The notes below the pieces were generated by a model. The model ran no database searches, was not told where the DNA came from, and saw nothing but the letters and a program-made list of their open reading frames with translations. Positions 39,209 through 49,435 of a stretch of 64,000 bases of DNA are shown here, one piece after another. Positions within the stretch are counted from its first letter, which is position 1. Each line of letters opens with the position of its first letter. Both the position numbers and the translations under genes were made by a program. Source of the DNA: Longimicrobiales bacterium (GTDB taxonomy: Bacteria > Gemmatimonadota > Gemmatimonadetes > Longimicrobiales > Gaopeijiaceae); NCBI GenBank assembly GCA_965204735.1, contig OZ242008.1, positions 3,904,001 through 3,968,000 of the forward strand, given 5' to 3'.

Positions 39209-40351
39209 CTAACACGACGGCCCGATCCCCGAAGCCCATTGCCGCGCCAGCTCCCCGATCTTCTGCTGGGCGACGGGAAGGGGCAGGTCGTCCAGGCCCA
39301 GGAGGCCCGGCCGGACGGCTTGGTCGCGAGTCTCCGCCGGCCGATCCAGCGCTTCCTTCGCGCACTCGACCACCACCGGACGGTAGACGGCGCGCAGGTG
39401 CGTGAACGAGTGCCTCACGGGCTCGAGCGCCGCCACGGCCCGGCCGACGACCCTGAGTTCGGACAGACGCCGGAGGGCCGCGTCCGCAACGGCGGCGCGG
39501 GTGGTCGGCGACTCGTCCATGGCGCGTTCGGACAGGGGGCCGTCCCCGCCGTCCGCCGCCAGCTCCCTGGCGGGAAACTCCCAAGTCCCTGCCAGCAGTC
39601 CCTGGGCCGGGCGTCGCGTCAGCAGCGTTCGCCCCGCCTCGTCCAGCGCCACGGCGACGGCGTAGCTGGCACGGCGCGGCCTGCGCCTCGGGCGCGGCAA
39701 TGGTCGATCGGGCGCCGTCCCCGCCGCTCGGGCCCGGCACCATCGCGCCACTGGACACGCCCCGCAGGAAGGCCGCCTGGGCGTGCACACCGTGGCGCCA
39801 AGCTCCATCATCGCCTCGTTGAAGTCGCCTGGGCGGCTCGGGTCCACGAGACGGGCCGCTTCGGCCCGCAGGCGCGCAGGCGACGGGTCGCCCTCGTCGA
39901 GAAGGCGGCCGAGCACCCGTCGGACATTCCCGTCCACCGCCGCGATGGGCAGGCCGAACGCGATGCTTGCCACCGCCCCGGCGGTGTACTCTCCCACGCC
40001 CGGCAGCCTCCGAAGCGCCGCCGGATCGCGGGGCAGGCGGCCTCCGTGCCGCTCGCGAACCAGCGTCGCGGTCCTGTGCAGGTTCCGGGCGCGAGCGTAG
40101 TAGCCGAGCCCCTTCCACTGCCGCATCACGTCGTCCCAGGAGGCGTCGGCCAGCTCCTCCCAGCCTGGGAAGCGCCGAACCCACCGGACGTAGTAGGGCA
40201 CAACCGTCTCCGCGCGCGTCTGCTGAAGCATGAACTCGGAGACCAGCACCCGGTAGGGCGTGCGCTGCGAGCGCCAGGGCAGGTCGCGACGCGTGCGCTC
40301 GAAGTGGTCCAAGAGGGCCTTGCGGAACTCGTCCCGGTCCGGCGCCCGCAC
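39209..40351 (-). CDS. mutY: A/G-specific adenine glycosylase
   Basis: RDLPWR, VSEFMLQQT, WKGLGYYARARNL, LPGVGEYTA, VDGNV, FeS motif C-X6-C-X2-C-X5-C, and a C-terminal Nudix-like domain. Confidence 0.95.
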   Translation of the reverse strand: MRAPDRDEFRKALLDHFERTRRDLPWRSQRTPYRVLVSEFMLQQTRAETVVPYYVRWVRRFPGWEELADASWDDVMRQWKGLGYYARARNLHRTATLVRERHGGRLPRDPAALRRLPGVGEYTAGAVASIAFGLPIAAVDGNVRRVLGRLLDEGDPSPARLRAEAARLVDPSRPGDFNEAMMELGATVCTPRRPSCGACPVARWCRARAAGTAPDRPLPRPRRRPRRASYAVAVALDEAGRTLLTRRPAQGLLAGTWEFPARELAADGGDGPLSERAMDESPTTRAAVADAALRRLSELRVVGRAVAALEPVRHSFTHLRAVYRPVVVECAKEALDRPAETRDQAVRPGLLGLDDLPLPVAQQKIGELARQWASGIGPSC

Positions 40352-40356
40352 CCTGC

Positions 40357-41742
40357 CTACGCCTCCTCCAGCATCCCGGCGCCGACCGTCTTCGCCCCCC
40401 GCGTTCGGAGCTCCGGCACCAACTCGCCTCGACACCGGTGCATCAGAAACGCCCCCTCCACGGCAAGTCCCAGGACCGCCAGGCCGACTCCAAGCAAGGC
40501 TCCTCTGGACGGGTCGGCGCCGGCGCCCCCCAGCAGCAGCGCCACCGCAGCCACGACGATGCTCGACACCCGCAGCACCGCGCCCGCGCCGACGACGCCC
40601 GTTCGGTCGAAGCCCACGAAGAGTCCCTGATGGAACTGCCGGACCCCGTACAGGAGCGGGTACGCCGCGGCCATGGGCAGCGCCGTGCCGGCCAGCGCCA
40701 GCAGCTCCGGCTCCGATTCCAGGGCGAGGAGCCCTCCCAGAAGGGGTCCGCGGACCCCGGGCAACGAGAGGAGAAGGATCGCTCCCGTCATCGCCAGCGC
40801 CAGGGCGCCGCCCCACGCCCGCACCCTCCGATACGCCTCCGAGCACCCCACCAAGGCAATGCTGGCGTGCTGGAGCTGCCCGACCGGCGCCGCCACGAAC
40901 CACCCGACCGCCTCCACGATGCCGAACGCCGCGATCGCCCGGTCCGGGTCGGCGGTGCGCGCCAGCACCACGTTGACGATCAGAGGAGTCGCCCACCACA
41001 TGAGCACGTTGAGCATGAGGGGAGCGGAGAACCGCGCCACCTTCTCGTCCCCGGCCGCGCCCTCGCCGCCTTCCAGCTCCAGCTCCGAGGTCGGCGACGC
41101 CATGACCACCAGGGTCTCCACCACCAGCCCGACGGTGAACGCGGCCGCGCCCAGCCACGCGCCCCCGCCCGTCGCAAGCATCCCGAACGCCACGGCGGCC
41201 AGGACGACCGTCCGCCCGGCGGTGGCAAAGGCGATCGGCCCGGTCCTGTGCCCCGCCACCAGTCGCCCCTGATGGCACGACCGCACCGCCGTCAGGAAGG
41301 GAGCGGGCCAAAGGAAGCTCATCGCCCCTACCGCTTCGTCCAGGACTTCGGGGCTCACGCCCCCGTCCGAGCCGGAACCGAGGAGCACGCCGAAGACCCA
41401 GGCGCCGACGGGCGTGTACGCGATCAGCGCGCCCACGAGCGAGAAGAAGGCGCCCGTCAGGTAGGCGAAGCGCTTGACGGCCCGGAAGGAGCCCTTCGCC
41501 AGGAGCCGGGCCGCCGCCACCTGCTGGACCACGAAGAGGGGGGCGTAGAGGACGCCGCAGACCGAGAAGGCGACCCCGTATCCCGCCAGGGCGGCGACGG
41601 GGTCGGTGGACCGCCCCAGCGCTGCCGCGAGGATGGGGTTGGTGCTGGTGAGCAGAAGGCTCGTGGCCGCCAGCGGCGCGTAGAATCGGGCGAAGCCGTC
41701 GGCGGTTACCGGCGAACTCGGAGCCGTCGCTCGATCCGTCAA
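40357..41742 (-). CDS. MATE-fold / ANKH-like 12-TM transporter
   Basis: Two internal halves (FYAPLAATSLL...LGRSTDPVAALAGY; FSAPLMLNVLM...LARTADPDRAIAAF) and many TM segments. TTG start with GAGG RBS. Confidence 0.65.
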   Translation of the reverse strand: MTDRATAPSSPVTADGFARFYAPLAATSLLLTSTNPILAAALGRSTDPVAALAGYGVAFSVCGVLYAPLFVVQQVAAARLLAKGSFRAVKRFAYLTGAFFSLVGALIAYTPVGAWVFGVLLGSGSDGGVSPEVLDEAVGAMSFLWPAPFLTAVRSCHQGRLVAGHRTGPIAFATAGRTVVLAAVAFGMLATGGGAWLGAAAFTVGLVVETLVVMASPTSELELEGGEGAAGDEKVARFSAPLMLNVLMWWATPLIVNVVLARTADPDRAIAAFGIVEAVGWFVAAPVGQLQHASIALVGCSEAYRRVRAWGGALALAMTGAILLLSLPGVRGPLLGGLLALESEPELLALAGTALPMAAAYPLLYGVRQFHQGLFVGFDRTGVVGAGAVLRVSSIVVAAVALLLGGAGADPSRGALLGVGLAVLGLAVEGAFLMHRCRGELVPELRTRGAKTVGAGMLEEA

Positions 41743-41911
41743 GCGGCCTCGCCGACGACGAGCCGCGCCGAGGCGGCCGGAGCGGGCTTCGTGGACGGAC
41801 TCCGGGGAGCGGGAGAATCTTCCAAGGCGGCCGGGCCTTCCACTACCCACGAGATTGTGGACTTTCTCATGCGTCTGCCGCGCACCGACCGCCCTTCCGA
41901 GAGCACCAGCA

Positions 41912-42832
41912 ATGATCGAACGAGGGATTCCATACTACACCGTGGACGCATTCACGGACAGCCCGTTCGGCGGCAACCCGGCCGCCGTGTGCTTGGACGC
42001 CGACAAGGTCTCCGACGAGGGGCGACTGCGGATCGCCCAGGAGATGAATCTGTCCGAGACCGCCTTCGTGCATCGGCCGGATTCGGACGGCGTCCGCCGG
42101 CTCCGCTGGTTCACCCCGGTCGCCGAAGTGCCCCTCTGCGGCCACGCGACCTTGGCCAGCGCCCATGTGCTCCTCCGGGAAATGGGGGCGAAGGGGCCCG
42201 TCGTCTTCGACTCGGCCTCCGGACCGCTGATCGTGCACGAGGACGACGGACGCCTGCTCATGGACCTCCCCGCCGCGCCGGCGACGGAAGCGCCGATGCC
42301 GCCGGGCCTGATGGAGGCGCTGGACCCGTCGGCCGCGCTCGGCGACCACGACCCGGCCGACGACCGTCCCGCCGTCGCAGGACCCCATGCGCAGCCGTCG
42401 CCGACTCGACCCTGGGCCGAACACCCGGCCGACCGCCCCGTCTTCGCCGCGTCCGCCAAGGTGGCTCTCGTGGCGCTGCCCTCGGAGGACGCCGTGCTCT
42501 CCGTCCAGCCCGACTTCGGGGCGATGGCCCGACTCGTCCTGCCGGGCGCGCCGATGGGCGTGGCGGTGACGGCCCCGAGCGCCGCGCCGGATGTGGACTT
42601 CGTCTCCCGCTTCTTCGCTCCTTGGCTGGGGGTGGACGAGGACCCGGTCACCGGCGTCGCCCACACGACCTTGACGCCATGGTGGGCAGGGCGCCTGGGA
42701 AAGACGGAGATGTCGGCCCGTCAGCGGTCGCGGCGGGGCGGCTCGCTGCTGGTGCGGAGCAAGGGCGACCGAGTGGAGCTGCTCGGCCAGGCGGTGACGG
42801 TGGCGGCCGGCGCCATGGTGCGGCCGGCGTAG
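41912..42832 (+). CDS. PhzF-family isomerase/epimerase
   Basis: VDAFT...GGNPAAV, EMNLSETAF, RWFTP..EVPLCGHATLA, SRFFAP and EDPVTG.AH. Confidence 0.92.
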   Translation: MIERGIPYYTVDAFTDSPFGGNPAAVCLDADKVSDEGRLRIAQEMNLSETAFVHRPDSDGVRRLRWFTPVAEVPLCGHATLASAHVLLREMGAKGPVVFDSASGPLIVHEDDGRLLMDLPAAPATEAPMPPGLMEALDPSAALGDHDPADDRPAVAGPHAQPSPTRPWAEHPADRPVFAASAKVALVALPSEDAVLSVQPDFGAMARLVLPGAPMGVAVTAPSAAPDVDFVSRFFAPWLGVDEDPVTGVAHTTLTPWWAGRLGKTEMSARQRSRRGGSLLVRSKGDRVELLGQAVTVAAGAMVRPA

Positions 42833-42845
42833 CCGCGGGCGAGGG

Positions 42846-43103
42846 TCAGAGGTCGGAGACGTCGATCGACTCGTCGATCAGCATGATCGGGATCCCCTCG
42901 CGGATCGGGTACAGGATCCGGCCGTCCTCCCGCAGCAGTCCCTCGGCCACGGGTTCGGCGACGGGCTCTCCCCCGCGGGTCGTCGCCCTGCCCTTGGCGA
43001 CCGCGGCGTTGACCCGCTCGAGCACGCCGGCCGCCGCCACGCCGACGGGCTCCTTGGTCTCGGGGCAGACCAGGATGTCGAGGAGTTCCTGATCGAGAGG
43101 CAC
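42846..43103 (-). CDS. Trm112/UPF0434-like small protein
   Basis: LLDILVCPETK...YPIREGIPIMLIDES. Confidence 0.88.
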   Translation of the reverse strand: MPLDQELLDILVCPETKEPVGVAAAGVLERVNAAVAKGRATTRGGEPVAEPVAEGLLREDGRILYPIREGIPIMLIDESIDVSDL

Positions 43104-43139
43104 GGGCGCTCCTTTGCCGCCGAGGTGTATCTTGCTGGG

Positions 43140-43628
43140 ATGAAGAACCTGAATCTACGACGCTTCTTGGCGGCCGCGCTTGCCGCAGCCGCGACGGCGC
43201 CTCTGGGGGCCGGCGCCGGGACGGCCCAGGAGGCCCGGGTCCTCCCTGCGCCGGGAAGCGCCTGGATCGTCTTCGGCGCCGACACGGTGGTCGCCGAGGT
43301 CGCGAGTCTCCCGGCCCAGCGGGAAGAGGGCCTGATGCACCGCGAAGCCGTTCCGGACGGCACGGGAATGCTCTTCGTCTTCCCCGACAGCGAGCATCGT
43401 TCCTTCTGGATGCGGGACACCCCCGTCGCCCTGGACATCGCGTTCTTCGACGACCGCTACCGGATCGCCGGCATCAAGCAGATGGACGCCATGGACGAGA
43501 CGCTCACCGACTCGGACGTGGCCACGGCGCTGGCGCTGGAAGTGCGCCGGGGATGGTTCGCCGACCACGGGGTCGGCGTCGGCGACGAGGCCGAGGTGGT
43601 GTTCGGCCCGGGCTTGGTGGTGCGCTGA
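43140..43628 (+). CDS. DUF192 family exported protein
   Basis: EVA....REEGLMHR, GMLFVF, FWMRDTPVALDIAF and ALEV..GWF. Confidence 0.9.
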   Translation: MKNLNLRRFLAAALAAAATAPLGAGAGTAQEARVLPAPGSAWIVFGADTVVAEVASLPAQREEGLMHREAVPDGTGMLFVFPDSEHRSFWMRDTPVALDIAFFDDRYRIAGIKQMDAMDETLTDSDVATALALEVRRGWFADHGVGVGDEAEVVFGPGLVVR

Positions 43629-43643
43629 AGCGCGCGCGGCTTC

Positions 43644-44804
43644 TCAGCCCAGAGCGTCCTCCAGCGCCGACGCCAGCGCGTCGATGTCCTCTTCGTCGTT
43701 GTAGACGTTGGGCGAGACGCGCACGCTGGCGCCCCTGAACGACACCCCGACCCGGCGACGCGCCAAGCACGCCTTCGCCTTCTCCAGGTCCGCTCCCGCC
43801 GGAAGCCGCACCCCGAAGACGTGGGCGCTGCGCCATCGGTCTTCCTCCACCCCCACGCCGAGCGACCGCAGGCGGGGGAACAGCTCCCGGGTCAAGGCGG
43901 CGCAGTAGGCGGACACCCGCTCCGGGTCCCACTCCAGCACCAGCTCCAGGGAGGCCGAGAGGGCCGGGATCAGGGCGAAGTTGCTGCGCTGCCCCACGTC
44001 GAACCTGGCGGCGCCGGGCTGGTACTCGTCCACGTACTCCACCAAGCCGGGGAAGTTCTCCGAGCCGCGACGGGCGATCCACGTCTCTTCCAGGGGCGCC
44101 CCGTCCAGGTACCGCTCCCCGAACCACGCCAGCGAGAGCGAGTACGGTCCCAGGAGCCACTTGTAGCCCGCCACCACGAGCGCGTCGGGCGCCAGAGCGG
44201 CCACGTCGAAGGGAGCCGCGCCCACCGACTGGGTTCCGTCCACCACCAGCGCCGCTCCCACCTCCCGGGTCCTCTCCCGCACCGCGGCCAGGTCGAAGCG
44301 GACTCCGTCCGTCCAGTGCACCGTCCCCATCGCCACTGCCGCCGTGTTCCCGTCGATCCTGTCCAGGACGCCCTCGGTCCAGCCGCCGCCCCCCTTCGCG
44401 CCCGCCGGGCGCGCGACCCGCACCTCGCCGCCCTTGTCGGCCGCGAGGCGGCGCCAGGGGTAGACGTTCCCCGGGAACTGCTCGTGGAGCACGACCACGT
44501 TCCGGCCCGGACCCATCGGTGTGTTGCGGGCGATCGTCGATACCGCGTAGGAGACCGACGGCACCGTCGCCACGTCTTCGGGCCGGGGCGCCCCCACCAG
44601 CTTGGCGAAGCGCGCGCGCAGCTCGTCGGCCGGCCGGAAGAAGTCCTCCGGCGAGATCGACTGGGGGAAGCGCTTGGCCCGCAGTCCCTCGATGCCCGCC
44701 GCTTCGGCCGCCCGGGGGAGCGGTCCCATGTAGGCGCAGTTCAGGTAGTGGAAGGCGGGCGGAAGGGAGAAGCGCTTCCGCTGGCACCGAAGCCGTCCTC
44801 TCAC
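43644..44804 (-). CDS. Class V PLP aminotransferase / cysteine desulfurase-like enzyme
   Basis: YLNCAYMGP, EQFPGNVYPW, VDGTQSVG, GYKWLLGP and RVSPNVYN. Confidence 0.87.
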   Translation of the reverse strand: MRGRLRCQRKRFSLPPAFHYLNCAYMGPLPRAAEAAGIEGLRAKRFPQSISPEDFFRPADELRARFAKLVGAPRPEDVATVPSVSYAVSTIARNTPMGPGRNVVVLHEQFPGNVYPWRRLAADKGGEVRVARPAGAKGGGGWTEGVLDRIDGNTAAVAMGTVHWTDGVRFDLAAVRERTREVGAALVVDGTQSVGAAPFDVAALAPDALVVAGYKWLLGPYSLSLAWFGERYLDGAPLEETWIARRGSENFPGLVEYVDEYQPGAARFDVGQRSNFALIPALSASLELVLEWDPERVSAYCAALTRELFPRLRSLGVGVEEDRWRSAHVFGVRLPAGADLEKAKACLARRRVGVSFRGASVRVSPNVYNDEEDIDALASALEDALG

Positions 44805-44817
44805 GGCGCCGACCGTG

Positions 44818-45840
44818 CTACGACGAGCCGGCACCGGGCAGGTGCGCCGTCATCCAAGCCTGCGTGGCCGCATGCGCCTCGATCGGCGCGACCAGCAGCG
44901 ACCCCATGCGGATCTGGTTCACCATTTCGTGGACCTGCCCCAGCTCGTCGCGCTCGTCCGCAAGCAGCCGCAGCACGTGCCCCACCACGTCGTCGGGAAT
45001 CTCCGACATCGCCACGACCCAGTTGAGGACAGCGGCCGTCGTCACGTCTCCGTCCATGGCCGGATAGGCCCCCTGGGGGATCGTTCCCTGCGAGTAGTAG
45101 GGGTAGCGGCTCTGCAGGAGGTCGATCTTCTCCGTCTCCATGGCCAGGAGGCGGGCGCCGCCGGTGGTGGTGGCCTCGAGCACCGCAGCCGCCGGATAGC
45201 CGACCGAGATGATCGCCGCGTCCAGCGCGCCGTCCTTCAGCGCCGTCGCCGACTCCGTGAAGCTCAGGTAGCGTGGCGTCACGTCGTCGTAGGTCAGGTC
45301 GTAGGCGCCCAAGACCTGTCGCGCCATCTGCTCCGTGCCGCTTCCCGCCGGTCCCACGGAGACCGTCCGGCCCCGAAGCTCGGCCACCGAGGTCGCCGTG
45401 GAGCCCCTGGAGACCAGAACGTGGGTCATGTTCGGGTAGAGGGGCGCCACGATCCGCAGCTCCTCCACGGCTTCGTCGTAGTCCTGGCCGCCGGTGGCCG
45501 CTTCGTAGATCGTGTTGCCGGTGGCGAAGGCCAGGTCGGTCTGACGCTCGCGAAGCCGGTTGACGTTCTCCACGGACCCCCCGCTCACCTCGGCGGTGTA
45601 CTGCCGCGTGCTGTCCATGACCGAGAGGCGCGACGCCAGAGCGCCCCCCAGCGGATAGTAGATGCCTCCTGTGCCTGCGGTTCCCAGGCTCATGAACTCC
45701 CGGGTTCCAGGCGGGGAGCACGCGGCCCCCGCCAAGACGACCGCCGCCAGCGCGGGGATCGCCGGCCGTTTCGCCGCCAGGCGGGGCAGCCGCAGCCGGG
45801 TCGCGGCTCCGGGGTTCGACGCTCTCTTCAACGGGCTCAT
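44818..45840 (-). CDS. TAXI-family TRAP transporter substrate-binding lipoprotein
   Basis: Lipobox GAAC, GTAGTGGIYYPLG, GGSVENV, GPAGSGTE and ALKDGALDA. Confidence 0.92.
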   Translation of the reverse strand: MSPLKRASNPGAATRLRLPRLAAKRPAIPALAAVVLAGAACSPPGTREFMSLGTAGTGGIYYPLGGALASRLSVMDSTRQYTAEVSGGSVENVNRLRERQTDLAFATGNTIYEAATGGQDYDEAVEELRIVAPLYPNMTHVLVSRGSTATSVAELRGRTVSVGPAGSGTEQMARQVLGAYDLTYDDVTPRYLSFTESATALKDGALDAAIISVGYPAAAVLEATTTGGARLLAMETEKIDLLQSRYPYYSQGTIPQGAYPAMDGDVTTAAVLNWVVAMSEIPDDVVGHVLRLLADERDELGQVHEMVNQIRMGSLLVAPIEAHAATQAWMTAHLPGAGSS

Positions 45841-45897
45841 TTCGACGACGACTCCTTTGGAAGAGGATTGGAAGAGGAAGTGCGGGAAGGGGACGGG

Positions 45898-47781
45898 CTA
45901 CGGGCGCCCCGCCGGGTCGGCAGCGGGCGCCCCGCCGACTGTCCGGGGCCTTGCGACGCCGACGAGGCCGCCGATCAAGAAGAGTCCCAGGCCGATCCCG
46001 TCCCAGATCGGTTCGGGGGCGACCAGCGCCACCGCCGCGGCCAGCAGGACCACTCGCCGCCACGGTCGCAACGGCCCCCGAACGTAGCCGATCACGACGC
46101 CCGCAAGCGCCGTTGCGCCCACCAGCGCCGAAAGCGAAGTGACGGCGACCTCCTTCGCCGAGCCGTCCAGGATCAGCGCGGGCGCGTAGACGAACATGAA
46201 GGGGACCAGGAAGCCCGCGGAAGCCAGCCCCATGGCGGTCCACGCGGTCTTGAGGGGGGGCGAGCCGGCGATTCCGGCGGCGGCGTAGGCCGCCAGCGAC
46301 ACCGGAGGAGTCACGTTCGAGATGCAGCCGAAGTAGAAGATGAAGAGGTGCGCGGCCAGCATCGGAACGCCCATCTCCACCAAGGCGGGAGCACCCAGCG
46401 CCGCCAGCACCACGTAAGCCGCCGTGGTGGGCAGTCCCATCCCCAGCACGATCGAACCCACTGCCGTCAGCCCCAGAGCGGCCAGGAGGTTGCCCTGGGA
46501 CACGACGACGATCATCTCCGACATGCGCAGCCCGATCCCCGTCAGCGAGGCCACTCCCACGACGATCCCCGCCGCCGCGCACGCCGCCGCCACCTGCACT
46601 GCGCCCCGCGCCCCCGCCCGCAGCGCTCCGGCAACCTGCTCCCGCCCCGGCCTGGTCCGCTTCACGGCCCACGCCGCCGCCAGCGACGAGACCACCCCCC
46701 AGAACGCCGCCCGCGTGGGCGACCGCCCCATCGCCAGCATCGCCACGATCACGCCGATCGGGAGCAGGAGGTGGGCTCGGTCGGCCACTTTCTCCTTGGC
46801 CGCCTTGGCGGCGCCGACCAGCCCCACCTTTCCCGCGCGGAAGTGGATCGCCCACAGAAGGGCCGTGTAGTAGAGCACGGCGGGGATCGCCGCGGCCAGC
46901 GCCACCTTTCCGTAGGGGATGTTCGTCCACGTGGCCAGGATGAAGGCGCCCGCCCCCATGACCGGCGGCATCAGCTGGCCACCCGTGCTGGCCGCCGCCT
47001 CGATCGCCCCGGCGAAGAACGGCTTGAAGCCGGAACGGCGCATGAGGGGAATCGTGAACGTTCCCGTCGTGACCACGTTGGCCACCGCGCTCCCGGAGAG
47101 GGACCCCATGAAGGCGCTGGAGACGGCCGCCGTCTTGGCCGGTCCGCCCCGGGTGCGGCCGGCGACGCGGTTCGCCAGGGCGATCAGCAGGGCGCCGCCT
47201 CCAGCCACGTCCAGGAACGCGCCGAAGAGCACGAAGAGGTAGACGAAGTCCGCCGACACTCCCAGGGGCACGCCCCATATCCCCTCCGTGGAGAGGAAGA
47301 GCTGCTCCACCAGCCGGCCCGGCCCGTAGCCCCGATGAGCCAGGATTCCCGGCAGCCACGGGCCCGCCAAGGCATAGGCCAGCGCGGCCCCGGCCACCAC
47401 CACCAAGCCCCATCCCGTGGCCCGGCGAGCCAGCAGGAGAACCCCCGCGACCACCACCGCGCCTGCCCCCAGGTCCAGGGCCGTCGGGCTCCCGGAGCGC
47501 GCCACCAGCGCTTCGTTCTGGGAAACCAAGTACAGGCAGCACAGGACCAGAACTCCCCCGGCGACGGCGTTGAACGCCCAGCCCCAGCTCGACCGAGGCA
47601 GCGTCCGAACGCCCACCCCCATGAACGCCAGCGACGCCATGAAGGCCAAGTGGACGGGACGCTGGACCAGCGCCGTGAAGGGCGACACCCCCGCTCCGAA
47701 GAGGTGGAAGAGCGCCGCCAGCGCGGCGACGACCAGAACTGCCCGTCCCGCCCGCCCAACGGGGACGGGAGCCGCGCTCAC
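45898..47781 (-). CDS. TRAP transporter fused 4TM/12TM permease
   Basis: EGIWGVPL, GGPAK, GSAVANVVTTGTFTIP, EAAASTGGQLMPPVMG, GMGLPTTAAY and SNVTPPV. Confidence 0.93.
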   Translation of the reverse strand: MSAAPVPVGRAGRAVLVVAALAALFHLFGAGVSPFTALVQRPVHLAFMASLAFMGVGVRTLPRSSWGWAFNAVAGGVLVLCCLYLVSQNEALVARSGSPTALDLGAGAVVVAGVLLLARRATGWGLVVVAGAALAYALAGPWLPGILAHRGYGPGRLVEQLFLSTEGIWGVPLGVSADFVYLFVLFGAFLDVAGGGALLIALANRVAGRTRGGPAKTAAVSSAFMGSLSGSAVANVVTTGTFTIPLMRRSGFKPFFAGAIEAAASTGGQLMPPVMGAGAFILATWTNIPYGKVALAAAIPAVLYYTALLWAIHFRAGKVGLVGAAKAAKEKVADRAHLLLPIGVIVAMLAMGRSPTRAAFWGVVSSLAAAWAVKRTRPGREQVAGALRAGARGAVQVAAACAAAGIVVGVASLTGIGLRMSEMIVVVSQGNLLAALGLTAVGSIVLGMGLPTTAAYVVLAALGAPALVEMGVPMLAAHLFIFYFGCISNVTPPVSLAAYAAAGIAGSPPLKTAWTAMGLASAGFLVPFMFVYAPALILDGSAKEVAVTSLSALVGATALAGVVIGYVRGPLRPWRRVVLLAAAVALVAPEPIWDGIGLGLFLIGGLVGVARPRTVGGAPAADPAGRP

Positions 47782-48468
47782 CTAGCGAAAGAGCGTCGGG
47801 AGAGCCGTAAGCATCGCCGGCGCCACCACCATCAGCGCAACCGTGATTGCGGCTGTCGGCGCCCAGCGGCGCCTCTCGTCCAGCAGGGAGAGGCCCAGCC
47901 CCGCTACGACCGCGACCCAGACGGAGAAGAGGTCCATGCCTCCAAGCACGCTCGCCAAGTAGCCCTCAGGCACGAACGGCATGAAGGTGCCCACGGAGAA
48001 GGCCGTGGTCAGGTCCAGGCTCCGGATTCTGAAGGGCAGCATGATCCAATAGCCCAAGGCGCCGACGACGTGGCTGTGGGCAAGCACCGAGAGGTGCTGC
48101 CTGAACGTGGCCTCGTCGCCGCGGACGAAGACGCACGCCACGTAGGTGAGCCCGGCCAGCAAGCAGGTGGTGCCGAAGGTCGCTGCCGTCGTCCCGACCA
48201 CGGCGACGCTCCTCATCACCGTTGCGCCCAGGTCTCCCATCGCTTCCGTCGCTTCCGGCGAGCCCTGCATCAGCTCCGTCCACACGTCCCCGGGGAGGAA
48301 CAAGAACGACGCTCCGGTCGCCACCGACGCGAACGCCAGCATGGGGAACCACGCCGGGCGGGCCGCCAGCGCCTGGAAGAGGGCGGCAGGCTGGAAGAGG
48401 ACCATCGCCATGCGGACGAAGAAGTTCGGGAGCTGGGGAGCGTCGTCCTGCAGATGGTGTTCGTTCAT
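47782..48468 (-). CDS. Yip1-domain membrane protein
   Basis: VLFQPAALFQAL, TFRQHLSV and DLFSVW; about five TM segments. Confidence 0.75.
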   Translation of the reverse strand: MNEHHLQDDAPQLPNFFVRMAMVLFQPAALFQALAARPAWFPMLAFASVATGASFLFLPGDVWTELMQGSPEATEAMGDLGATVMRSVAVVGTTAATFGTTCLLAGLTYVACVFVRGDEATFRQHLSVLAHSHVVGALGYWIMLPFRIRSLDLTTAFSVGTFMPFVPEGYLASVLGGMDLFSVWVAVVAGLGLSLLDERRRWAPTAAITVALMVVAPAMLTALPTLFR

Positions 48469-48769
48469 TTGGGTTCTCCGAGAAGCAGGTGGACGCTTTT
48501 CTCCGTGCACAGGCAGACGCTTGGCGGCCTGCCGTCCGCAACCTCGGGGGAATGGGCGCCGGCGCGCCCTCGAAGGACGATCCGGCCCGTCGTGCTGCGA
48601 GATCGGGAAGCTACGTTCCCCGGGGTGGCCGAGCAATTGGGGCGCTTCTGGCTCGAGGACCAATCCGCAGGAAATCCGGCCGTCGCCGGGTTCTGGCCGG
48701 ACCGCCGGTTCTGGTCCGGCGTCCATGGAGTGGTTATCGTTTCGGCCTTCCCGGCAGGCGCCTCCCCTT

Positions 48770-48784
48770 TGGCGAGCCGCTTGC
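48770..48784 (+). promoter_or_regulatory. Candidate sigma54 promoter
   Basis: TGGCGAGCCGCTTGC has GG-N10-GC with TGGC and TTGC cores, 27 nt before ATG 48812 (GAGG RBS). Confidence 0.45.
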
Positions 48785-48811
48785 CGGCCTGGTCGCAATC
48801 CCCGAGGCGCA

Positions 48812-49405
48812 ATGAGCTACAGGACCGACACAGACCGCATCCTCGACAACATCGACAGGGCCCGCAGCCGCGACATGGAGCGGGCTCTCTCCCTTCACGA
48901 CCGACAGGCCCGGGGGCGGGACATGAACACCGACGTTCCCGAAAACGACGCCACCACGCCCGAGCGGCTGAAGCGCATCTTCGGTTTGGTGGAGTCGGGG
49001 TACCGGAAGGCGGCGCAGGGCTCGGAGATCGGACCTCTCGCGGCCCGTTTTCGGTCGATCGGCGACATCTCCCACCACATCGCGAGGGGGGACGTCAGCG
49101 TGTCGGTCCACTACCTGGACTCGGGCCGCCACGACGACGTGGGCGTGGTTCCCTTCGAGGTCCGCGACTTCGACCTGGACGAGGCGAAGAAGGAAACCCG
49201 CACCAGCCGGCCCGACGTCAACGCCATGAAGGTCCTTCGCCTCCGGCTCCGCGACGGGGTGCTGGCCGCGTACCAGAAGATCGAGCCGCGACTGCGGGAC
49301 GCCCTCAAGGAGCGGGCGGACCACGGTCACGTCGCGGTGGAGGTGACGCTGGACCTGCGACCCGCCCACTCGCCGACCCAGCCGACCGACCACTCCCCCG
49401 ATTAG
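48812..49405 (+). CDS. Hypothetical cytoplasmic protein (197 aa)
   Basis: ATG with RBS, host-like GC-ending codons, globular composition. No motif recognised. Confidence 0.75.
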   Translation: MSYRTDTDRILDNIDRARSRDMERALSLHDRQARGRDMNTDVPENDATTPERLKRIFGLVESGYRKAAQGSEIGPLAARFRSIGDISHHIARGDVSVSVHYLDSGRHDDVGVVPFEVRDFDLDEAKKETRTSRPDVNAMKVLRLRLRDGVLAAYQKIEPRLRDALKERADHGHVAVEVTLDLRPAHSPTQPTDHSPD

Positions 49406-49435
49406 GAGCGATCCCGACAGCTGTCCCATTCAGCC

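Noticed and set aside
41912..42832. PhzF as evidence of phenazine biosynthesis
   Set aside because: Stand-alone homolog; no other phz genes.
45856..45880. TTGGAAGAGGA tandem repeat between the TRAP genes
   Set aside because: Two short copies only; no evidence of function.
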